A stretch of 64,000 bases of DNA from the human T2T-CHM13v2.0 reference genome, Homo sapiens. The stretch lies in NCBI RefSeq assembly GCF_009914755.1, contig NC_060943.1. One strand, given 5' to 3'. The translations under genes and the position numbers were made by a program. A model generated the notes under the pieces. The model saw only the letters and a list, made by a program, of their open reading frames with translations. It made no database searches and had not been told where the DNA came from. Below are positions 39,933-52,010 of the stretch, piece after piece; within the stretch, counting starts at the first letter, position 1, and each line of letters begins with the position of its first letter.

Positions 39933-40100
39933 CTAATTCAGTGGACAGTGAGCATGAGAGCCAGACAAGAAAGGAGTGCAGAGGGAACAAAGGGGGAGAC
40001 TTGGCCAAGGCAGCCCTCTTGGGTGCTACTTAGAGAGGTCGCTGTGAACATGAGCTGGGAAATGGGAGCTAGAGCTGCGGAGGAAATGGGCTTAGGGAGA

Positions 40101-40935
40101 TTCCCCCTTTTTTTCCTTCCTTCTTTCCCTTCCTCCCTCCTTCCTTCTCTCCCTCCCTCTCTTCCTTCCCTCCCTCCTTCTTTCCCTCCCACTCCCTGCC
40201 TCCTTCCTTTCCTCCCTCCTTTTCTCCTCTTTCCTCTCTACTTCCTTCCCTCTTTCTCTCCTTCCTTCTTTCCCTCCTTTCTTCCTTCCCTCTCTCACTT
40301 TCCCCTCCCTTTCCTCCCTCTTTCCTTCCCTCTCTCTTTTCCTTCCCTCTTTCCTTCTCTCCCTCCCTCTCTTCTTCCTTCCCTCTCTCCTTCCTTCCTT
40401 TCTTCCCTCCCTCCTTCCTTCCCTCTCTTCCTCTCTCCTTCCTTCCCTCTCTTCCTCTCTCCTTCCTTCCCTCCCTCTCTCCTTTCTTCCCTTTCTCTTT
40501 TTCTTCCCTCCCTTCTGCCCTTCCTCCTTCTTTTCCTCCCTCCCTCCTTCCTTCTTTCTCCCCTTCCTCCCTCCTTCCTTCCCTCCTTCCCTCCCTCTTT
40601 CCTTCCCCCTCCCTCTCTTCCCTCTTCTCTCTCTCCTTCCTCCCTCCCTTATTCCTTCCTTCCCTCTCTTTCTCTTCCTTTTCCTCCCTCCTTCCTTCCC
40701 TCCCTCACTCCTTTCTTCCCTCCCTCCCTAGTCCCTTGCTTTCCTCTCTCCCTCCTTCTTTCTCTCCCTCTTTTGTTCATTCCCTCTCTCCTTCCTTCCT
40801 TCTTTCCCTTCCTCTCTCCCTTTCTTCCCTCTTTCCTTCCTTCCCTCCCTCCATCCCTCCTTTTTATTCCTTTCTCCCTTCCTTTCCTCCCTCGCTTCCT
40901 TTTCTTCCTACCTCCCTCCATTTCTTCTTTCCTCC
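40101..40935. repeat. ~830 bp polypyrimidine (CT-rich) low-complexity tract
   Basis: Nearly all C/T (under about 20 purines by eye), built from CCTT/CCCT/CTCT units; exact 24-mer tandem at 40421-40468. Confidence 0.97.
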
Positions 40936-43900
40936 AGTTGGCACATGTGTGGCACTGCTGAAGTCACACATTCTCAGACTCTATTTCTGGGTTTCACATT
41001 GGAATGACAGTAATGATGTCTGTGAGCACATAGTAGGCATGGTATAAATAACGCTTGAGTAAAATCAGGAGCAAAGTGCACCTTTTTTGCAGAGTTGTTT
41101 CCTAGGAGGAAAATGTGTGAAGAGCCCTTAGAAGACCATGGGCACCCAGGCCCACTCAGTCCTTGTCACTTGTGGCCAGTGACTGTCACAGAAGAACAAA
41201 GCCTTCAGCAATGCTCCCCGTTCCCAGGCTTGCCTCCTTTTGGCTCATAAACCAAAGTGACCGAGGCTTTGGGCTGGATGTAGTGAAATGCACTTGGAGG
41301 TGCCTCTGGTCAACCGGTCGAGGAGTGGTGGCTCCTCCAGCTCCTGTCCCGTTGTGTGGTCACCGCCTCTCCCTCCACCTCATACAAGTGTTTCTTCAGC
41401 AGCTGCATTAGCTCCGTAGAGTCAGCAACACGAATTTTTTTTTAAAGTAAATTTACTTCTGTAGAAAAGAAAAAGAATGTGGCTATTTTGGACTTTGATG
41501 AGATGCACTTTGTATAGCTGGAAATATGAGTAGACATTTTCGTAATCAAAAGCGACCAAGCAGAGGCTCCTGGCCAGGGGATACGCTGCAGGAAGTCTGA
41601 GCCCACCTTCCAGGGAGGTAACGGTCTCTCCACATCCAGGGCAGCAGAGGTGCCGTGGAAATAGTGCTCCGTGCCACTTGCTAGATCTGACCACTGTGCT
41701 GGGCTCCAGCTGCTCAAAACATAAATCGTCTTTAAACACCTGGGGCCTGCCTGCCTCCCGCAGCCATCTTCGGGCCAATTTGTCAATCCTCGCTCGTTCC
41801 ATGGTCCTTTTTTTGAGCCTTGATAATGCTTCTGAAAGAAGCTGGGGACACTTTTGCCATTCATCACCAAAGAACGCAACATTCTGTACATTTATTACAG
41901 TATACATTATGAGCACACTATTAACTAAAAAAAAAAGCAAACCCAAACCTTTCATTTCTCTGAAGTTTTCCTGTATCTTTACCAAACAGATACCGAATAT
42001 GACTGAGAATTTAATACCCTAAAGTTTAAGACGGGTTTGTAAACATGGTCCCTGCTGGCTGCTATTGATCTTTTGCTATTTTAATGCATTTTTACTGACC
42101 GACATGTCCTGTGGTAAGGAATATTGCCTAAATTAGTTATCTGATTGGTTCTTTTGATTAATGACAGGCCTGTGCTCCATTACACATGACAACATGATCA
42201 GAATAATCACTATCGCTATCCAAGCCAGGCCTGGCATTTTTTATTCCTTCATTTTTAAAGTTCATTTATAAAATTATTTAATGTATACGTCCTAAGTTGT
42301 AATTTATTTACATGACACTTTTTTCGATGGGAACTGTTGTACTGTGTCACAAATGGCTAAGAAAACAAGGTAAACTAGATGTGCAGATCAATGTCTCTTG
42401 GCTCAAGGGGAAAAAAACATAATCAAGATTCAGGAGCTGACCTTGTACCAAAGTCCAACCTGTCACAGAACAAACACTGAGATACCCAACAAATCACCAG
42501 GCATGGCAGGACATGTTCTCCTGCAATCCCTTCTCTCCATCACCTTCTTTCTGCCTGGAACTTCTAGCCCTTGGACCTCTCAACTTCCTTCCTTCTGAGT
42601 GTAAAATAAGACAGTGCAAATTCTTCCTGGCCCTGGCTGCAGCCTGTGTTCACCAAGCGGGCTTCTTGTGCATATGATAATTTGGCAAGAGGCCCTATCA
42701 GGGATCCAGAATATTCAAAATCAGAATGTGGACCACATCTGAATGAGAAAATTGTGTGTGTATTTTAAGCAATGACATGATATTAGTTCTGGAGAAATGA
42801 AAAGATCTGAATTTAGTCTATCCAATGATTGGATAACACCACTCCTCAGAGGATCTGCTTTAATGTAATTATGGTTTGGCTTAATACAAACTTGGCTGGG
42901 TAATAAAATGTAAGTTGTGAGTAGGTCTGGAATCTTTGAGGCTTCTCAAGAAGATGGCTGTGTTCAAAATTTTTCTCTCACCCATGCCCTGCTCAACTTC
43001 GAAGGAAGATCAAGGAAGAAAAGCTTCAGCCCTGCTCCTTTTTGAGTTCTATCATTTTGTGAATTTCTAGAGTCCAGGGTAATAGGCTTTTTAGGGAGCC
43101 AACACTGGGCTTCCAAGAGCCAGCTGTGCTTTTCCTAAAAGGCCCCACCTCTCTGAGGCAATTTGGCAAAGCTTCTAGCCGCTTCTCCATTAAAAATTAT
43201 TACTTGAGTAAAATCAGACAAGCCTAGGGTCATGCTAGATGTATTATTATTTCAAACAAAATTTGGTTGCCTCCCTATCCTTGTCTTGCTCTTCCTATCT
43301 CCCCACACCTGCTCTCACCTGCAGTTGCCTCCATTTCTTCTAGAAGAGTCCTTGCCATGTTTCTCAAGCTCCATTCTGCCCCTAAGACCCACCCCGCCCC
43401 CCAGCATTGGTCTGACTGCAGGTACCAGGGACCCTGGGCACTGCAATTTCATGTCAACAAATGGCTCCTAATTCAGTATCTAACACTGAACGAGATGTAT
43501 GAACGGTATCAGAGCCCAGGAACATAGAACCTTTCCGTTGATCTCGGAGAATCCTTTGCCATCCTGTTAGCATGATGTTGTTAGAGACTCTAGCATTTCC
43601 CGGTGGACACGGTGGGCCCTGGCCAGGCTGCTGTTGAACTTAAACAGAAAGTTCAACTTCTTGGGTAGAAGGTCGGATGGGTTGCTGGTGACCAGTGAGG
43701 TGGTGTGCCGGAGACCCTACAGAGTGGACAGCACATTTTTTCCCACACACAATCCTCAGGGGTGACCTCTGTCTCTTCTCAGGTCCCAGGGAGATGGTCT
43801 CACCTCCTTCTCAATTCACATGAGGGAAGCTCCTTTCTTACCAGGTGGAGTTGCAGCTCTAAGCCCTCTGTTTTCTATGATCCTTGTCAATTCCTGGCAC

Positions 43901-45994
43901 CTTTGGCATGTTACCATGTTACAAAAACCAAACAGACCTAAAGCACCCTACGTTTACGGGTTCAGTCTTTTACACTCTACCTGAACTTCAAAGTCAATAG
44001 AAGAACAACATGTGGGTTTCCAAGCGAAGGCACTTAAAATATAGTGAAGTGGATTTACATGGTCTTTTTTACCCCCTAGACTTAATTAATGTTGTAAATA
44101 ATACCTCTTATCTTCTTCATAATGATTTGCTCTGTTATACTATTACAAAATTTCATTCTGTCAATTCTCACAGTCATTTGCACAGCTCAGACATGAAATA
44201 GAACTTCGGTGGGACACCTACCGCAGGAAACGCCTGCAAGTGTGTGCAGAGGGTGCACGTGTATGTGTGCCCTTGGACTTGGGAGGCGTTCTGGGGTCTA
44301 AGATAAGCAAGCAAGTGAGATTATGTTGAATATGCAAGATATGTTAATATGATTAAATGACTACTGGATCGCCCAACATAATCAATTGAAATATTCACCA
44401 ACTTTGTGTTGAAATTGGAAGAAATTATTACCTTGAGGCTGCCAAACACATTTTGCAGCTTTGAATTTGCAATAATGCGTGTCTCACTTAACATTTAAAA
44501 ACATATTTTTGACTTTAATAAAGTAAGATGAGTCTATTAAAGAGATATTCACCAGAATGGAAGGAAGATTCAACCAGCAGAGGCGACAACGCAGAGAAAG
44601 ACACCTGGGCAGTGGTGGGGACTGCTTGTCTCCTCCCTTCCTCCCTCCCTTTCTCTGTCCCTCTCTCTCTTCTTTCCTTCTTCAGGGACTTGAGGCTGAG
44701 TTTTCCAAGGGGAAGCATCCTATTCCAAGCCATTCTTGTTAATTTATCATTGCATTATTTGCCTTCACTCTCAAAATCCTGCAAAATGATTTAGTCTCTT
44801 GATGTGATTTACTTGTGTTTTAAAACTCCATGCAACACCATCAAGATCAGAGGGATGTAAATGTGTCTTCTCTCTCACTGAACAAGCACAGCTAAAACAA
44901 ATGAAATCAAAGATGCATATTCCTTTGCCGTGGCTTTGCAAAATGTAAGTGATGGAGGAAGGCAGTAGTCATTCAGCTCTGTTCTATTATTGACAACAGC
45001 AGACGTAGAAATTAGAAAACAAATCCCCTTTTAAATGAAACGAAGTAAAAGGCCTCCGTCACTCAGAGGAAATACTAATTGGAGCTACCTTGCTAATGCT
45101 AGCGAGTCACAGGAAGGAAACATTAAGTTATTATTTTTAATAATGCTTACAAGTCTATCCAGCCATTTCCAGCCAGTGAAAGATGTCAGCCTTGGCCGAA
45201 CGTGGCAGATCTACTTTTCACCAAAGATGCTGCTCGTCTTCCCCCTGATAGCAATCATTAATTTTATTTTTTAACCCAGTCTTCAAATGAAGACAGATGA
45301 GCTGGAGAGTTTTAAATGCAGGCTGCTTATGTTCAGAAAAATGGCTGTGAGATGCCAGATCACGGCGTCTAAGCTGAGGCCAGTTACTGTTTGGGAAGAA
45401 AAGAAAAACAAATGTAAGAGGAGTGGCAGAGCCAGGCCTCGGAGGGGCTGAGAGTGAGAGCAGAAAAGAAAAGGGTGCGGGGAGCAGGCCTGTCTCCTGG
45501 TCTTTGGGTCTGACCATTTCATAATTGCGTTGGAGAGTTACAGATACAATTATGGTTGATTGATCTTGATAATTTTAACATTACATTTTAATATTTATTT
45601 TTTATTAACAACCTTCTCAGTGTCAGAGATCAACATGCCTATTAGATATCACATCATTGATAGCATTGTGCCATGTCTTTAAGAAAAACGTTTTCTTTAT
45701 CCACGTAATTTCATCCAAGCCATATTTTTAGTCGAATGTCAATTAGCCTGATTTGATTGCTATCATTTTATTTTTAAGTCAAAGATTGTGACTTGATCTC
45801 ACTTTAAGCTGCTCCAGACAGATTTCAAGTGACCCTTAGCTTAGAGGTTGTTAAGAGATCTGCTTACTTGCATTCAGTAGATCATCTGGTTCTCAAAGGA
45901 AATAGGATTAAAATGCATGTGGCTCCATTTGGCAACTGGTTTGGGGCAGGCACAAGGAAGAAGAGAAAAAAGGAGAATATTGTTATGAAAAGTG

Positions 45995-46600
45995 CTTCTA
46001 GAATGGTGAAGTCCGGATAACTGCAAAGCTGTCCCTTCATAAAAGCAGTGAGAAAAATGGCAGAAAGAAACTGTCAAAATCAACATTTTCAGAACTCTGG
46101 AAATTAATCAGTGGCCTCCAACCATCTGAGGAGCATTTATTCAAGATAAATAGCTGAGTCTTGGTGAGGAATAATGAGCATGAAGACATTTGAATTTGCC
46201 GTTTCCTTTGCCCTCTCCCCCGTTCTGTGGTGGTCTAGGGAAACATCAGCCTCACAACAATAGTAGGCATGAAAACCAGCAATGTCATGGCCACTCAAGG
46301 GGCAGGGAGTATTTGTAGCTCCCCTAAAAGGTCCCATTCCCAAGAGTTCTTAGTATGTTACCCATTGGGCAAATCCATAGAAAAGTCCCATTCACTGGGA
46401 TGGTCTTTGGCTCAAAGATCCCCCAGTGGGAAAAGCTCTATCTCCAGGGCATTTGTTGAAGACAATTAGTGGTCTGACACAGTAAGACCAGTTGGAGCAA
46501 ACAAGAAGCTGTTCCAAAAACTTCAAAGAAAAATCTAGAAATGAGATGACTAGAAAAGGCTTTGAAAAGATCCAGCACCTTCCTGGGGATCTAGAAGACC
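45995..46600 (+). mobile_element. L1M4/L1MB-type 5'UTR
   Basis: tgtcaaaatcaacattttcagaactctggaaattaa, gagcatttattcaaga and ggctttgaaaagatccagcaccttcctggggatctagaag match the recalled L1M4b-type 5' end. Confidence 0.7.
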
Positions 46601-46614
46601 TGTCAGAGCTTTTG

Positions 46615-48813
46615 AATGCCTCTTGTATTTAGCATAGTACTGTGGGTTCTTACCAGGGAAATTAGGTAAGAAACAATACAGAAAAGACATCCAGATTGGA
46701 AAGAAGTAAAGCTGTTTCTATTTACAGATGACAAGATCTTGTATATAGAAAAATCCTTAAATTTTTATTCTACTAAAAAATTGTTAGAACTAATGAATAA
46801 GTTCAGTGAGGCTGTAGAATTCAAGGTCAATATACAAAATCTATTGTATTTTTATGCACCATTATTGAACAATCAAAAAATAAAATAAAAAATAAATTGT
46901 ATTTACAGTAGAAACAAAAAGAATTAAAACATACTTAGGAATAAAATGTAACAAATAATTGAGACACTTGTATACTGCAAACTATAAAACCTTGCTGAAA
47001 GAAATTAAAGACGAGTTAATAAATGGAAAGACATCCCATGGTAGTGGATAGGAATGCATTGAATTAGGCAATGGTTTTAAAATTGATCTACAGATTTAAT
47101 GCCACATCTACCAAAATCCCAGCTGCCTTTTTGCAGAAACTGACAAGCTGATCTTGAGACTTACATGAAAATGCTGGAGACCTAGAATAGCCAAAACATT
47201 CTTGAAAAAGAAGAACCAAGTTGAAGGCTTCATATTTCCCAGTTTCACAACATAATACAGAGCTACATTAATCAATGCAGTGTGGTGGTGACATAAGGAC
47301 AGACACATAGGTAAGTGTAATAGAATTGAATGTCAAGATATAAATCTTTATATTTACTATTCTTGGTCAATACATTTTTGGCAATGGTCCCAAAACATTC
47401 AATGAGGAAAGAGTAGTCTTTTCAAGAAATGGCACTGGGGTAACTACCATTTGAGGCATTTGAACTTGTCCCATTTCTGTCCCCCTGCCCCAGTTCTGTA
47501 GTAGTCTAGGAAAACATCAACCTCCTAACCATAATAGGTGTGAAAACCAACAGTGTCACAGCCACTCAAGGAGCAATGAGGAACCACATGCAGAAAAACG
47601 AAGTTGGACTCCTACCTCACACCATATAAACACATAGTCAGAAATATTCAGAAATGTAAGAGTTAAAATTATAAAACTGTTAGAAGAAAATATAACAGTA
47701 AATCATCATGACTCTAGATTAGGCAATGATTTCTTGATTATGAAACCAAAAGCACAAGCAGCAGAGGAAAAAAATAGATAAATTGAACTTCATCTTACTT
47801 AAAAATTTTAAACAACACTATCAAGAAACTGAAAATACAGCCCACAGAATGGGAAAACAAAGCATTTGCAAATCATGTACCTTGTAAGGGTCTTGTATCC
47901 AGACTAGGTAAGTAGCCTTAAACTTAATGATAAAAAGATATCCAGTCTATTATTGATTTATAATCCTTTGGGTATATACCCAGAACTTAAGTATAATAAA
48001 AAAAGATAAATAACTCAATTAAAAATGACCAAAGTATTTAAATAGACATTCCTCCAAAAAAGATATACAAATGACTAATAAGCATATGAGAAGCTGCTCA
48101 ATATCATCAGTCATTAGGAAAATGTAAGTCAAAACCACAGCAAGGTACCACTTCATGCTCACTAGGATGGCTAAATTTAGAGACAGAAAATAACAAGTAC
48201 TTGCAAAGCTGCAGAGAAATTAAAATCATTATACATTGCTGATGGTATTATAAATCGTTTAACAGTTCTTCAAAATTGTAAATGGAAGTTACCATATGAC
48301 TCAACATTTCTACTCCTTGGTATTTATCAAAGAGAAATGAAAACAGATTTCCACAGAAAAACTTATATGCTAATACTCATAGCGGTAGCCAAAATGTGAA
48401 AACAACCAAAATATTCATTAATTAATTAATGGATAAATAAAATATATCTACATAATAGAATGACAAGAAAAAGGAATGAAATACTGATATATACTATGAT
48501 TGGGTGAAAATATTTTGCTAAATCAAAGCAGCCAGTAACAAAAGATCAGTTATAGTATAATTTTATTTATATACAATGTCCAGAATAGGAAAATCCATAG
48601 AGAAAGATTAGCATTTGCCAGAGGTTGAGGTAGGGGTGTAGGGACTACTAATGGCTATAGAATTTCTTTTAGGGATGATGAAAAGGTTCTAAAATGAGAT
48701 AGTGGTGGTGGTTACATGACTGTGAGTATACTAAAATCCACTTAATTGTACACTTTAAAAAGGTGAATTTTATGATATGTGAACTATATCTGTACAATAA
48801 AGCTGTTATTAAA
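46615..48813 (+). mobile_element. L1MB-like ORF2 (RT to C-terminus) plus 3'UTR, degenerate
   Basis: ctatttacagatgacaagatcttgtat (FADD-motif region), aaatggaaagacatcccatg, 3' end gtgaattttatgatatgtgaactatatc...aataaagctgtt. Confidence 0.88.
47941..47999. mobile_element. 59-bp inverted micro-L1PA insertion
   Basis: Two antisense L1 ORF2-end pieces plus sense L1 terminus agaacttaagtataataaa; TSD aaaaagata at 47932-47940 and 48000-48008. Confidence 0.75.
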
Positions 48814-49170
48814 TACCTATGATGATAAAAGAGAAAAAACCATTTCCCAATTTTTTTAATATAATTATCAACTTTGGACAGAGTAAAACACCTAGAAAGG
48901 ATATGTTTAGTGTATCCATGAGGGTCAAGAAACCCAACATTTGATGCTGTTATCACTGTTCTTGTTATGGTGTGGGGCATAGTTCACTTTCACAGTGAGT
49001 GGGGCAGCTCACTAAAGCCGGGGCTCCCTTGCTCTTCTTTGTCTCCTCCCATGACACCCTACTCCAGGCACCTGCCATAAAGCCTTGAAAATATAAGGAC
49101 CTTAATAAGTAATAGGTGAGTAAATTGGCTAACCGGTGAATGAATGCAAATCATTAAAGAGGAATGTGAA

Positions 49171-49486
49171 GTAGTGGTGTTGATGATGATGATGATGATG
49201 ATGATAATGGCGATGATGATAATAATGATGATGGTGATGATGTTGCTGATCAAGGTGATGGTAAGATGATGATGATGATGGTTATGATGATGGTGATGGT
49301 GATAGTGATAATTACCATCTTTGTCCCTATTAACAAATGGTGGTGATGATAATAATGATGGTGATGATGATGGTGGTGATGATGGTGATGGTGATGATGG
49401 TAATGATGGTGGTGATGGTGATGATGATGATAGTGGTGATGAGGATGACAATACTGATGATGATGACAGTGATAAGTAGTAGTAGT
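49171..49486. repeat. degenerate (GAT/GGT)n trinucleotide tract with a central unique insert
   Basis: Directly visible; interrupted at 49311-49338. Confidence 0.95.
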
Positions 49487-49685
49487 ATTTCTGTAGAGGC
49501 TATCAAGATTAGCTTTGAAAGAACTCTTCAGAGATAAATTCTAAAAGCCATTTACGCAATGGATAAATTGCCAAAATCAGTGTTAACCTTCCAAAGGGTT
49601 CTACTGTAAAGCTCAGCTCTCGTACAAAAGTCTATGGCTTTTAAAAATATTTATTAATACTTTTCCAGCTGATATGTAAGGCTTA

Positions 49686-50064
<379 letters not shown>

Positions 50065-51399
50065 TTAAAACCATTTTTCAAATTTTACTACTCTTTGATA
50101 TTTATTTGTGTCCTTTCCTTCCCTTAACATTAGTTTTTATATTTTAGAGGAAAGAACTCAGGTGAAGACCATAGCTGGTCCTCCTGTGTCACTGGGTTAT
50201 GTCTGTCCTTGACTACCAGCAAGGCCTCCTGCTATTGGTTAGATTTCTGATGTACCATACTCTTTTGTCCTGTCCTCTAGTATTTTGGGTCAAGTGAAGG
50301 GAAAGTCACTGAGTCTGCTTGTTCCCAAATGTCTCACCTCAAATCTTCTCCTCATTTTCTCTCTCCACCTGCTTTCTCTTCCCCCATTGTCTTTTTCTGT
50401 AAGTGAGAAGGGTAGAGGGGACACGGAGCCAGCCCCCTTTTCAAACTCAGAAAACAAGGCTTACCAACACACATAGAGAATATTTTTTAAATAAAAGCCA
50501 GCATCAGGATGGGTGGCTGAGAAAGAGGGGTCTACATTAGGGAGAAGATAATCTTTGTCCCTATTAACATTGTCAGTGGCAGTAATTTAATAGGATTCTG
50601 TGCTATGTCTGTAGGAAATTCCTGATATTTTTCAGGTATAGAAATGATTGCAATGACACTAAATGTTCTTTAGTGTCACTAAAGTTTTGCCTACCTTCAG
50701 TACTACATCATTAGAAGATTCACCTCCTTTTCATCTCCGTTGAGTAGACAAGTGACCAAAATCCCAGCATAGCTATGACTGTTTCAATCATTGAAGAAAA
50801 TTTGCTGGCCACGGGACAAAATTGCAGTAGAAGTGACTTTATGTGGTGATCCAAAAATGAGATAACTGTATTCTTCTCATTCCTAGCGGAAGTCAACTCT
50901 GCAGGAAGAGACACTGCTTTTGGGAGGCAAAGTTGGCAGTTGGTTTTCTGATCTTGGTTTGCCATTGAATCACCTATTCCTTGAGGACAAAAAAAGACTT
51001 GTGTCCAATGACTGGTCAAGATTCATCATTCCACTGGTCCATTTTAAAGGCTTATCTCTCATGCTATCTATATAACTGACTCCAGGACCATCTCCACCTT
51101 TTGGAATATCCTCTGATTACTTCATTTCTTTGTTTGATTTGCATTTAGTTTTTGTAAGAAGAGCACTTGATGGGGTTATTTTCCTCCTGAGCATCTCACA
51201 GTGGTGTTGCTTTCCCAGCTCTGTCCATCATTGGTTTGTGCTCATGGCTCTGTAATGTCCCTTTGTCTTTTGCACTTTGCAGAGAAGGGTATGGCTGGCT
51301 CTACCTATGAGTGCACCAGGGTAGTAAGGCAAGCAGAACAAGAAGCTATTTGCATCTGTTTTCTCATGAGGTAGCTCAGTCCCCATAGTTACTATTCCT

Positions 51400-52010
51400 C
51401 TTTCCTGGCCATTTGCTACCCTAAGGCCAGCAAATCTTTTAAACATGAAAATCTTATCATGTCATTCTCCTGATTTAATTCATTAATGGCTTTTCATTTC
51501 CTTTAGGACAAAACTAAAAATCCTTAGCCTGGACAATTAGGTTCTTCATGATCCTGGCCTAGGCTAGCTCTCCAGCTCCATCTCAAGTCATCACTCTCCA
51601 TTGTCTAGGAATGCTGGCTTCCTTCTTCTCCAAAGGGAGGGAGCTCCCTTCCATCTCTGAGTGTCTGAGCCTTGGCAGTCGCCATTGCCTCTTCCGCTAG
51701 CACTCTGTCCTCCAACTCCTCGCTTGGCTCACTGTCCAGGTCTCAGTTAACTGCCACTGCCTCAGGAAAATTTTCTGTGGCCTCCCACACTGGGTGCCAC
51801 AGTAACACATTGATCATAAACCTCTGCTTTTTCTTCAAAGTCCTTGTCAAAGGTCTAGTTAAATATTAAATAAATACTAATAAAAATATGTTTTCTTAAC
51901 ATAAATGTGAATTCCATGATGCCAGACTATGTCTCATTCCTAACAGCATCTCTAGCGCTGGGTACAGTGGTGTTCAACAAGCATTTTTTGAGTGAATGAC
52001 TGAATAAATG
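51400..52010 (+). mobile_element. L2 3' end
   Basis: atcatgtcattctcctg...aatggctttt...aaatccttagcctgg; terminal ttttttgagtgaatgactgaataaatg. Confidence 0.75.

Larger units (their letters stand above)
37975..40095 (-). mobile_element. long L2 relic interrupted by FLAMs, old L1 and L1PA
   Basis: Antisense L2 motifs: caggaggctatggccatagcccaggtggaagatggtggt; ttctggaagccaagag; gttgacttg...ttcagtgga spans the L1PA insertion. Confidence 0.65.

Noticed and set aside
39948-40961. 337-aa ORF (longest in the window)
   Set aside because: Artefact of the polypyrimidine tract, which cannot contain stop codons; P/S/L/F low complexity.
41422-41985. 187-aa minus-strand ORF and overlapping 149-aa ORF
   Set aside because: No recognisable domain, no supporting exon structure; length is compatible with chance in 64 kb over six frames.
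41054-43217. Exact 15-mer cttgagtaaaatcag at 41054-41068 and 43203-43217
   Set aside because: A few 15-mer matches are expected by chance among all position pairs in 64 kb, and there is no host-consensus evidence that either copy is an insertion.
49059-49537. Poly-His/Ile/Ser and poly-Met/Val ORFs
   Set aside because: Translations of the (GAT/GGT)n tract.
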